DNA of 62,986 bases, filler included, from Choristocarpus tenellus KU-1152 (Eukaryota > Protista > Phaeophyceae), in the NCBI GenBank assembly GCA_964200185.2. It is 11 parts of 11 records of this genome, joined end to end, with 100 filler letters (N's around TTAATTAATTAA, not from the genome) between each part and the next. Parts side by side here need not be neighbours in the genome. Positions count along the whole stretch, not along the records: positions 25,643 to 29,892 come from CAXNAD020015486.1; positions 29,993 to 38,727 come from CAXNAD020004388.1; positions 38,828 to 41,505 come from CAXNAD020025718.1; 8 more parts are not named here. The stretch is one strand, 5' to 3'. The notes under the pieces are model-generated. The model had not been told where the DNA came from. It saw nothing but the letters and a program-made list of their open reading frames with translations, and searched no databases. Shown here piece after piece: positions 28,010 through 39,014 of this stretch (position 1 is the stretch's first letter; each line of letters begins with the position of its first letter). Both the position numbers and the translations under genes were made by a program.

Positions 28010-28334
28010 CAATTGGTTCGGCGACTGGTCCAGGAATTACAACATACAAACAACCATTATCACTACCACCTTTACTACTCATCAATGGACAAGGGCGTTG
28101 TCATTTTTACAACAAAGGGCAATGAGCGTAACCACCAGAAGAGATATTTTAACCCTTAACGTTTTAACCTCAACACGTTTGCCATAGAAATCTTTGGGCG
28201 TGTTGGTACACAAACAAAACTAATTTATAGACACAAGGTGCATGTCGTAGGTGGTAGAGGGGAGAGTTTCAGCAGAGTGGGAGCTAGAAATCCTTGTCGA
28301 GGCAGTTTTTTTCAGTAACTGGTCTAGTGGCCAT

Positions 28335-28562
28335 ATCCAGGAGAGTGTCGCGGTATAAACTATAGACTCCCAGGTCGATGATGTAGGAGAGGCTTGACAG
28401 ATTCATAGGATTCTTCCCTTGATCCTCGACCACCTTCATAATAGGGTCGGTTTGTATCCAGGAGAATTTCGCAGTATAAACTACAGACTCCCAGGTCGAT
28501 GGCCTAGGAGAGGCGTGACAGATTCATAGGATTCTTCCCTTGATTCTCGACCACCTTCATAA
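28335..28562. repeat. Tandem duplication, 2 copies, period ~121 bp
   Basis: TATCCAGGAGA...GACTCCCAGGTCGATG...GACAGATTCATAGGATTCTTCCCTTGAT...CCACCTTCATAA occurs twice. Confidence 0.9.
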
Positions 28563-29482
28563 AGTCAGAGTATGCGGTGTTGCTTTTTGTTTTCTGGTAC
28601 ATTGTTTTACGTAAGAAGAGTTCATGCATGTGATACTGTTACACAAGTAGTCCTTTTTGATATTATGTTCTCTTATTCTCTCATCTCTATTATTTTGGTC
28701 CTATCAAACTTCTCAGCTTTGTTGCCTTATCCCTTTCATGCTTATTTTAGTTTTTCCTAAATGACAATCAATACCTGCAACATGATGTCTACCAAATATA
28801 ATAATAATGTACACTAATAATACATTCTTACATTATTACGCCCACTGACATTTTGCGCATGTTGTGATGAAGGGGACTAAACATGCGTACAAACAGCATG
28901 TGTGTAGGACAGAGAAGATTTAAAAAAAAATGCGACAACACCTCAGTCTAATCTCCACAAACATCTAATCATTAGAAACCACTAACTACAAAATTCATCA
29001 CAATATGTATACTACGTGGAGGTACGTTCCTAGGCAAAACGCAACATTCGTATCTGACTCCTAAAAACCACAACACCAAAAAAAGCTACAACTTCCAAGT
29101 TCAACCCCTCCTACTAAATGTTTATTTATTCATTTGTGTTGGTCGCTGCCTTCCCTTTCAACCCCTTCAGATAGTACATATAACCACTTCCTCCACATGG
29201 GCCAACCATCTCTAGTTTGTTTTAATCTAAAACAGAGTCAGTTGTATGTGTAAAAGGTTTTCTGATACATGTGTATTTAAAAATAAGAAACCTATTATGG
29301 GTATAGTGTGTAGTCTCAATTATTTTTATTATCATCACCGTTATCATTATTATTATATTACTACCTGCGTGCCATAAGTCTGTGCTGTGTTGTTCATAAC
29401 CTTTGAAGATGTTGACGAAATTCATTTCTGAAAGAAGATTTGAGATCATTGACGAATTTCTGGTTAGGGTCAGATCCTTTTA

Positions 29483-29892
29483 TTGTTATTACTCCCCATT
29501 TATCACAAATTTATCAGCCGTAGAAAAAGTCTCCGTGTCGACCTTCGGCATGTTTTCAAGCTGCCCAGACAACTGCCTTTTCCTTACACCTGTGTGCTCC
29601 ACACTGAAGTCATTCCCCCCTTTGTATCTAAGTACTTGATTGTACACCACAAGGAGTTGCCAAGCCGTCTCAAGTGTGGTTTCATCATACTCCTCATACT
29701 GTTTCTTAATGGCCTTCACCATCTCCTCAACGGACCCAAACCTCTCCCCCATACCCGCCATTTCAAAGATCTGAAGAAGCACAGGTCCATGATATTGAGG
29801 TCGGGGGAGCTAGATGGCTGTGTTACAAGCCTAATTGACTACCCCTCAGTCTTCTCTGCCCCTGACAAGATTTCTGAGTTGCCCTTGCCCGT
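29483..29892 (-). mobile_element. Mariner-like (DD39D-type) transposase, C-terminal fragment, frameshifted
   Basis: VTQPSSSPDLNIMDLCFFRSLK matches the QPPNSPDLNxLDLxFF third catalytic motif. It is followed, after a frameshift in a G run, by VLRYKGGNDFSVEHTG. Confidence 0.85.
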
Positions 29893-30001
29893 NNNNNNNN
29901 NNNNNNNNNNNNNNNNNNNNNNNNNNNNNNNNNNNNTTAATTAATTAANNNNNNNNNNNNNNNNNNNNNNNNNNNNNNNNNNNNNNNNNNNNTGTACATA
30001 T

Positions 30002-30200
30002 GACATAAGTATGTGGGGGGGGGGGTGTCTACACTAGGGTGTCCGTTTGGCTCATAACAAGACAAAGTGCACTTACAATATCCATCCGACTTACTCAACC
30101 AAATCACACAAAAATCGTGACATCAAAAATTTGGTGCCAAAGGGGCAGCTGTTGTCTGCCCGCCAGCCCCCCCCCCCCCCAACCCCCAGGAATTTTAACA
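30002..30200 (-). mobile_element. MITE family A, diverged near-full copy
   Basis: GTCTACAC..GGGTGTCC.TTTGG...ATCCATCCGAC...AAAAATCGTGACAT, homologous to 38846-39014. Confidence 0.7.
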
Positions 30201-31094
30201 CATACCCTCTATCTGGTTTGATTCTTATCAGAGGGTTCTGATGTTGTAAATAGTGATAATAAATGGAATTTTAATAATGAAAAGATGTCCTCCTTACGCA
30301 AAAGAGAACTACTCAAGTAGAGTATTTTGCTTTGTGTGGTATTGATGTATTTATTAGCGGAGTGAACACTGCCCTCGGTGGTGCGGGGTGCTCTCTCTTA
30401 TTATCTCATTCTTTACTACATATATCAGCTGACTCATCAGCTGACACATCAAAACGTGTCCTACTGTTACATCGTACTATGTCACTTATCCTGTGTAGCT
30501 AGTACTATGACAGAACTCCCCCAACAGTCTATTTATGTCAAGTAGTAAGAAATCGATCATCTGAGATTCGAACTCATTACTTTGCACACACGAACACAAG
30601 TCAATGACACTTGTTCCACTTAGCCAACATTCCTGTTGTCTGGTTGTGTTCACTAAACACTTATAAACCATACAGACTATCAATCTATATTGCACACTCT
30701 TTGTGATTGGTTTGTAGTCCGATATACAGTCAAAAACATATCATGAAGAACAATGCCTGTACCACCCAGTTCCAATTCTGCCCTAACCATATATTCTAAT
30801 CGTTTTTTTCTCACAGTTTGGCAAACTTGACCAGACAATGGTTCGCCATACATGCTGTATACATGTGCCATGTTTGATTATCTTATCTTGTACTCCGCAT
30901 GCCATAGTCAAGTCAACTTTTGAACGCAGTAACAGTGTACTTTTTATTATATTCTTCAACTAAGATTGCATTTGGTCAGATAGTAAACACTGTGCCTCTA
31001 TACTTTCTTACGATAGTATCATTGTCATGCACCTGCACTGATGGATTTTAGCTATTCACCAACTATTAATCATTCGTTTTCCTCCCTACTTCAG

Positions 31095-32378
31095 GACAAG
31101 TGCCTCAAAATCTACTTAATCATCGCAACTATCGTAAATTTGAGCTGGAGCGTACCCTGGATGGGGCACCTGTTCCACCATGGAAGTCTTGGCTGTCAGT
31201 GATGCCTGCATTGACTCTTGGATACCTGGACTTGGCGAGTGACATCTATGCAGCTGTGTCCTACCTCAGAGATGATCACTACTGGTGGTTCTGGATGGTC
31301 TTGGTGTTCGTGCTAGAGCCTGCTCTTATTGCTGGTCTCTTCTTCCTCCGTGGGCAAGAATGGCCCAGGCGTCTGCTTGTGGTTCTGCACCTTGGCTTGG
31401 GAAGCTTACGTTTCAGTAGATTATGATAAATACTCCCATGTGCTTGTAATACTTCGAGTGGTGGAGCCTCTATACGAGTCAGTGCCCCAGCTCATGTTGC
31501 AGCTATACGCATTGCTACTGGTCTGGGATGATACCTCATCAGGCATTTCTCATTTCTTCCGATTTGTGTCCATTGCAATATCTGCTCTATCACTGTCCTA
31601 TGCCACTACAGGACTTGTAGCTGAGCAACCTCTGTACGAACTGCGGGATAAGCTCCAGAGTGGAGATGAAGGTGGTGAAGGAGGTGGGGGTTGGTTCACT
31701 GGGCTCTTGTTTGGAACAGTACCGGCCTCGGGCAAAGTGAGCCTTTGTGCTATTGATATGCACCCCCAACACGTTGTGTGGGTGTTCTTGTTGTATGAGG
31801 TGTTTGAGGTTGTGAGTCGATTCTTTTCACTTGCTCTCCTTGCATTGGTGCTGCGGGAATGGTTCTTTGTTGTCTTGTTGTATCTTTGGCTCAGTCGTAT
31901 GCTTCTTTTGAAAGCATCAGGGGAGCTCCATATGCGAAGCCAGCTGAGACTGGTGGGGATGCCATTCATGGATTCTGTCTTGGACAACTCTTGTGCATTC
32001 AAATTTGCCCTGTTGATCACCCTGGTGGAGTTTGTAGCCTGCGTCTTGATCAGCAAATTTGTATCCGATGGTGAAGATGTGATTCTTCCTGATGAACCAC
32101 GTCAAATTATCAGTACTGTTGCTATAGTCTGCATGGTTGGTAAGCTCGTAATGGCTTTCTCGTTTGTGGCGCCATTTAAGTCCCTTGTACAGGAGAGTCA
32201 TGGTGGACCCACCACATCGCCAACTCCACTTGATGGCCCTGTTGTGGCTGGAAAGGAGACGGCAGTACAGAGAGAACATAATTTTCTTGAGGATGTAGAA
32301 CCCGATGCTAATGGTGGGGACGAGATTGATGTTGATGGCTACAATGAGGAGCGGATAGATATTGTTGCTGTGGAGTAG
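31095..32378 (+). CDS. XK-related (XKR) membrane protein, phospholipid scramblase family; frameshift at ~31391-31400; an upstream exon is probably missing
   Basis: XK hallmarks: YLDLASDIYAAVSY...HYWWF, EPLYESVPQLMLQLY, ISALSLSY and FEVVSRFFSLALL, with multiple hydrophobic segments. Two overlapping ORFs (31100-31426, 31329-32378). Confidence 0.85.
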
Positions 32379-32965
32379 TGGGTGTCAGGTAGCAAACAGC
32401 ATACGTATTTTTTGTATGTGGATGCCAGGGTCGAATGACTTACCGGTAGGCTCAGATGAAAGTCATGACTGGAGGAGGATGACCTTTATGATTCTGGACC
32501 AGGTGAAATGTTTGTTGGAGGATGTATTTTGCTGTATGTTTATATTTTAGTCAAGGGCGGCAGAAAGGTTGACTTTGTGTGCACAGTACTTAATTGATGA
32601 TTGGATTGAAGAAGGGAACAGTAATTGGTATAAATTTCATGCGTGTTGGGATAGGAGGACTCAGGATGGGTTTGAGGAGAGTAAGAATCTGGAGAATAGG
32701 AAGTTATTTTCAACTAAATGTACTAACCATTCCTCTCTTGCTGTTTTGAATGATGAGGTGACTTAAAAAACCTATAGATTTGTTAGAATGTAGAGTTACT
32801 GTAGTAGTGCAGGAGGAAGTGAGGTCGTTTTTGTTAGTTGTAACAGTGCAAGACCACAAATTCTGTTTCTGGCATGCACATAATACTACGGTGATACAAC
32901 GAACACACTGTATTTTTCTTTGATGTATGTCTCTCTCAACAACAATGGATCCAGAAGCAAACACC

Positions 32966-33286
32966 TGTGACAAGATTATGCTGGACTATTTGTGAGAATA
33001 TGATTTGAAGTATTATTTTACGTACGCACAGAAGATAATGTGGGACACTCAGGGTATTTTGGCGGGGTATTTGACCAGAAGTAATCGGCGGACTGTTAGA
33101 GTTGGGGTGTTTCTAACGTGTACTAGAGAAAGGTTGAGTCATTTGGTATTCTGAGTCATTCAATGTTAGGATTGGTGAGCCCCACCTAGTGAAGGTATCT
33201 CACTCTCTTCTCAACTGTGGTGCAAGCTAATAAACAATAATATAATTGGTTGTGTGGGACAACAGATCGTCAAGGACAGCTTAACA
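32966..33286 (+). repeat. 5' LTR (TG...CA)
   Basis: Direct repeat of 37167-37470; ends in CAGCTTAACA. Confidence 0.9.
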
Positions 33287-34489
33287 TGCTATAGCACCCT
33301 ATTTAAGCGTGCTTGCGTAGTTATTATACTTAGATTCTAGCCATCACCAGGAAGCAGTCAAGATAAACTATGGTGCCCAGATCAAATATCGATTCAAGTC
33401 TAAGCTCCATTGATGGCGGAATGGAAGAACTATGACCCGGGGGTGGGTGAGATACATGATGGGACATCAGCTTTGCAAGGGAGCGAGGCTAGGGCTGGGG
33501 CAAGAGATACGGTGGCCAATGGGGGCTAGACCCGTATTTAGCCGGAAAATGAAGCAATATTCCTCAAAACAACCTGCGTTTAAGGGGAGACCAGAGACGT
33601 GGAGGAAATGGAGCAAAACGTTTCTTACGTACGCTCTCTCGTTGGGATGGTGCGAGCCATTAGTTCCGAAGGAATATTTAAAGGTACTGTCGTTGGAGTA
33701 TTCCCTGGTGGGTTTGGACCCATATCTGCACCATGCGACGACATATGCTATCAATGGACTGCAGGAGGCAACGGCAGGACCTGCGTTGGACATCGTGCTG
33801 ATGTACGAGTCACCGAGTGAGGCGTTCGCCACACTGGTGAATAACTATGCCCATTCAGGCCAGACTGAGAGAAATCTGGTAAAAAGGCAATTGATGGACA
33901 TGGTACTGGAACCTGGAGGAGATCCTGCTAATATTATCAACCAGCAGGAGGCTCTTATAATGGAGTTGAAGAGCTTGGGAGGTACCGTCATGGAGGAAGA
34001 TTGAATGGGTTGGCTACAAAATTCACTTGGCGAGGAGTATCTGGAAATTATGTCCCAGATAGATGATGAGTCGGTGGAAGGAAGGATTAAATTGGAAAGA
34101 TTAGTCCTCAAATGATATAGACTGCGCTCCATTCAAAGAGGGTCGGACTCGGCTGGGGTGAGAGGTGGCGCACTGGTGGCTGGACGGCAATCCAGACGAA
34201 ATGGTGGACAGCCTAGTTGCTGGGAATGCGGTGGACCTCACTTCCGGTCTAAGTGTCCTCTCATCAAGAAACGAAAGGCGAGTGATGGGGGTATTGCATG
34301 TTTTGTATGCGGGGAAAAGGGACATCAAAGCTTTGAATGTCCACATAGAAAATTGGGAGCGTCAAAGGGTCAGGAATCTCGAACATTCAAAAGAAGAAGA
34401 ATCGGATGGGGGGGGATGGTTCTAAGAATAAGGGAAGCGAAACAAAGCTGGATGCTGGCGATGGACAACCAAGACTGGTGAGGATTTCA

Positions 34490-34634
34490 GGCTCAAAGTA
34501 TCTGGGAGGGGGTGGCGGCTGTCCATTTGGGGTCAATTTTTTCATGTCGCGACTTTTGGGNNNNNNNNNNCTGATTTTGACCCAAATGGACATCCTGGTG
34601 TAGACCACCATCCCCCTCCCAGATACTTTGGGTC
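34490..34634 (+). mobile_element. MITE family A, both termini (middle hidden by a 10-N gap), nested in the copia element
   Basis: GGCTCAAAGTATCTGGGAGGGGG ... CCCCCTCCCAGATACTTTGGGTC terminal inverted repeats; flanks TTCA / TTCG. Confidence 0.92.
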
Positions 34635-36519
34635 TTCGGTAACCAATCAAGTGAGTTATCTTGCTAGTAAGGTAAATCACTTCCTTTCAAGAGGCCTTCA
34701 TGTGTTGAGGTTTGGGTTTGGGACAGTGGAGCCACACATAATTTAAGACGACCAATAAAACATTTTTAATTGGAAATCTTGTAATGGAACAGTTGCAGTT
34801 GGAGGTGGTGGAACACTTCACATTGTGGGAAAGGGGGACATCAAATTGGAGTGTGTTCTGAATGGTAAACTGGAGACTGTGGTGTTTACTAATGTGCTTG
34901 TGGTGCCTGATCTTGGTGTGAACTTTTATTCTGCCAAGGCTTGCATGCGAGATGGACACAGTTTCTGATCTGTAGACTCCACTAGAATCTGTACATTTAG
35001 GGACAACGGGGAAAGAAATCTCACCTTCACGTCATTAGGGGAGGAGGAATTATTCTCCCTAGGGATGCGCAGAGTGAGTGTGAGGAATGGCTCCGATTCT
35101 ACTAATGTCCCTACCGCTGATGCAATGTCCGTTTCTGGCATACCAAGAATTAAGTTGGACCGGAAAACAGCGTCGAGGGATGTGAATGAGCTGCACACGC
35201 GAGTAGGTGATGTTCATCAGGGGTTGGGCAGGAAAGACGCTTCGGCACAGAACATTATGTTAACTGGAACATGGGAGCCATCTTGTCAAGGTTGCCCACT
35301 CGGCAAGGGTCACAGGCATCCAATTCCACAGGAGATGGAGAATCGTGCTTCGGCAAAGGGGGAAGATGTTTATGTGGACTCGACTGGAATGAACGCAACG
35401 TCAGAGGAGGAGGTTGAGATACTGATGATCTCTCTCAGGAGGGGGCGAGAGGAGTCGATTTCGCACAGGATGAGACCAGAGGTATCAACCTAACCCACAC
35501 TGGGGCTAGAGATGTCGATCTCACTCAAGAGGGGAGTGGAGGCGATGCCGATTGTGGAGGATCGATGTTTGACACCACTACATCAGTGCATCATAATGTA
35601 GCGAAGTGGACGCTTTCCCCTTAGGGGGTTGAAGTGAATGCCATAGTACCAGGAGGGATTGTTGGGGGGGAGGGACCCACTCCAAAGATGGCACAGGCAG
35701 TTTTGATTCAGGAGGGTCAACAATTTCGAATGCAGAATTAGAGTCCCCACATATGGATTTTGGGGTAGGGCGTTTGACGGCTGAGGATGTTGAACCAGGT
35801 CTGAGTTGGACTATGGATGAGTCCAGTCAAAATGCTTCTAAGAACGCTCTGCTAAGTCCTGTGGTAGCAGGAAATGCAATAGGGGTGATGAAGAAAAGGG
35901 AGTTAGATGAATGGTCAAACGCTGACATTGATAGTATGGACCAGTGTCACAGCAGGGGAGTGTAAGGAACAAAATGCTGAGACATGTGGATCGAAATAAT
36001 GGCCCTACATCTGAACCGGGTGAACTAATGGAGGAGTTACCTGGAATTGAGTGGGAATTGAAAATGCGAGAGGCAATAGAATTAGAAGAGTGGTCTTTGT
36101 GGAATGGGGCTGTGGACAAGGAAACGGGCATACAAAACAGACATTCAAAGACTCAGTTTACTTACTCATGAAGCTGGGACTACATTTTCGACCGGGGCAG
36201 ATGGATGAAAAAGGGAGAGTTCAGAGGACCAAGGAGGGAGTAGGACGATTGGAAGAAGAAAGGGAATGGAGCAGGAGAGACCTGTTCCAGACAACCACAT
36301 ATCTACGATTGATGGCATGTAAATGTGGGTATCAATCATGACAAGGTCTGATGCAACATCTGCAGTAAGGAACCTAGCAATGAAATGTGTAAATCCCACC
36401 GGTGACGGATTAAAAGGGGGTTGAGAGAGTTATTGGGTATTTGTTGAGGACAGGCAGTAGAGGATTGACCTATGGTCATTTCAGTTTTTACGGGAATGCA
36501 CCTAGCGACCAACTCATTG

Positions 36520-36992
36520 GCTATGCTGTTGCTGATTACGCCAATTGTGTGATTTCAAGATTTTCTGTGTCTGGTGGTGTGGTAATGTTTGGGGTGCATG
36601 TGTGAGCTGGTGGTAAAAACAAAATGCAGAAAACTTTTGCTTTATCTTCCACTGAAGCCGAGTATGGGACGTTGTGTGATTTGGCCAAAGAGGTTATGTT
36701 CTTGCAACAAGTACAACATTTTTGGGGGCCAACTGTGCACGAGTATCTTGTACGATTGTTTGAAGACAATAGTGGGGCAATCATGTTGGCTGAGAAGACA
36801 GCTTCAGGGGGTAGGACAAAACATATAGATATCAGATATCATTATGTTAGAAACCAAGTGAAAGAGGGGAAGGTAAAGATTATGTATGTAAACTCTGGTG
36901 AACAACATGGAGATTTGTTCACGAAGCCTCTGAGTGATAATGTGTTTGTGAGTTTCTCACTAGAATTATCATGCACTGTGAGTAAGGGGTAG
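36520..36992 (+). pseudogene. Copia RNase H domain remnant
   Basis: ADYA...SVSG, SSTEAEY, EDN, KHIDIRYH and DLFTKPL motifs. Confidence 0.92.
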
Positions 36993-37166
36993 TGTGCAGA
37001 TTGAGTTCGTTGTATTCATGATGAATGGACAGAGCAGGGGAGTGTGTCAAGAGTTTACTTGTCCATGTGTAGGATTAAGATTTGAAGTGTACAGGTTGAG
37101 TTGATTTCAAGTTGGGTTTTATTGTTGGACGGATTTTATTCTCACTGCATGGTCAGAGCAGGGGAG

Positions 37167-37470
37167 TGTGTCAAGACTATGCTTGACTATTTGTGAGAAT
37201 ATGATTTGAAGTATTGTTTTATGTACGCACAGAAGTTAATGCGGGACATTTGGGATATTTAGACGGGGTATTTGATCAGAAGTAATCGGCGGACTATTAT
37301 AGTTGGAGTGTTTCTGACGGGTAATAGAGAACCTTTGAGTCATTCAATGTTAGGATTGGTGAGCCCCACCTAGTAAAGGTATCTCACTCTCTTCTCAACT
37401 GTGATACGAGATCACACACAATAATATAACTGATTGTGTGGGACAACAGATTGTCAAGGACAGCTTAACA
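37167..37470 (+). repeat. 3' LTR, preceded by polypurine tract AGAGCAGGGGAG
   Basis: Diverged direct repeat of the 5' LTR. Confidence 0.9.
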
Positions 37471-38229
37471 CCACAGAATGAAATGGGGTTGACTATCTCA
37501 TCTTTCAGAAAAGGTGGGGTCGAGGATCATCAGGTACAAAGTCGAGGTGCTTCAAGCCGTCAAAGTAAGGGTCTTTTGGGCTGAGGCCAGAACTGGGCAC
37601 ATCAAAGGTCTGAACATCGGCATGGCAGCCCCCCATCGACCCCCCTGGGTAGGAAGGGTGCCCAAGTGTACCTGGATACCAGGGTTGCGCTTGCAGTGCG
37701 GCACAGCCTTGTGATGGTCCCTGATGAGCATAAGCTGCCGCAATACGTAGGGCCGGCCCTTGCAGCGGAGTTTGAAGTGTCCTAGCGTTACATGTGAGGG
37801 CTCTGGTAATACGTCACCAATCTGTTACAGGCGATATGTCTTGATAATGGTTTCATAAACACCATTATGACCTTGAAGTCCTAGATTCGATATATTTGTA
37901 CTTCTTGACTATTAAATTATTATTTGCGGTCATTATGGTCCCCGATTGTGATAAGACATTGTTGACCAGTTCCCTTTTATACAATGATATTGACGATAAT
38001 CCAAGTGAGAGATCCAGCATACTTGACGACTTGTTGCCATACGTGCATCATATTCATCTATAGGACTGTAGGTCAGAGTTATATATCCTGTGGAGGTAAG
38101 CTTCTGGGGCGCGCTGTAACAGATCAGCTCACACGTGGCCACATGCTTGACGTAGGGGTGACGGCACGTAGTAGGCGGCCTTTGGAGCTCACACTGACCA
38201 ACATGGCCACAATACATACTATCAACTCC

Positions 38230-38727
38230 AACAAGTGTTCATCCTCAGTGCGTCAAGTGATAATGAAGATGGCCACCAAGGGGCTAAATTCTAGAACGAG
38301 CACCATAAACAGGTTGTTGGATGATATGGAGGGCATGCCGAATCACTGCTGGATCAAACCCAAGCTTAAATGGTGGCAAAAGGTATGGAGAATGGACTTT
38401 GTTTGCGATCAAGTGGACCGGAAACGTGTTATGTACGCCTCCATGGCGAACACAATCCATGTGACTGAAACCTGGCTTTACTTGATGGCTGATGGGGAAA
38501 GGGCTAGGGTATTTCCACATGAGGATGATAGCGACCTTCCAGGGTCCCCTACTGTGTAGCACAAGAGTCATATCCCCAATACCATGATCATTGCAGTCAA
38601 TGCCTACCCAGATTCGGCTCACAGCTTTGATGGGAACCTTGGTGTTTGGTGCGCCAAAACTAGCAGACAGGACAAGCAAGAACCATGAAAGGGGGGATGC
38701 GTATGAGCAGGACTGTACGTTAGATCA
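38230..38727 (+). mobile_element. Mariner-like (DD39D-type) transposase, N-terminal/first catalytic region, pseudogenised
   Basis: IKPKL...TIHVTETWLYL (compare VHIDEKWFYL)...HKSHIPNTMIIAVNAYP...FDGNLGVW (compare FDGKIGIW); contains an in-frame stop. Confidence 0.82.
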
Positions 38728-38845
38728 NNNNNNNNNNNNNNNNNNNNNNNNNNNNNNNNNNNNNNNNNNNNTTAATTAATTAANNNNNNNNNNNNNNNNN
38801 NNNNNNNNNNNNNNNNNNNNNNNNNNNCCGCGGCCGGGGTGTGCG

Positions 38846-39014
38846 GGGGGGGGGGAGGGGGGTCTACACCAGGGTATCCATTTGGGTCAAATCAGGAAAA
38901 GTGCATTTATATTATCCATCCGACGTATGCAACCAAACCACCCAAAAATCGCGACATGAAACGTTGACCCCAAATGGACAGCTGCCACCCCCACCCCCCG
39001 AGATACTTTGAGCC
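38846..39014 (-). mobile_element. MITE family A, near-full copy at contig start
   Basis: TCTACACCAGGGTATCCATTTGGGTCAAA ... GAGATACTTTGAGCC. Confidence 0.88.

Larger units (their letters stand above)
32966..37470 (+). mobile_element. Decayed Ty1/copia LTR retrotransposon with internal deletions
   Basis: Two LTRs. Gag with two CCHC knuckles (CWECGGPHFRSKC-like, CFVCGEKGHQSFEC). Degenerate protease motif at ~34475-34650. Pre-integrase LHTRVG...CQGCPLGK. RT C-terminal remnant at ~36300-36480. RNase H ALSSTEAEY...EDNSGAI...RTKHIDIRYHYVR...DLFTKPL. The domain order is copia-type. Confidence 0.93.
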
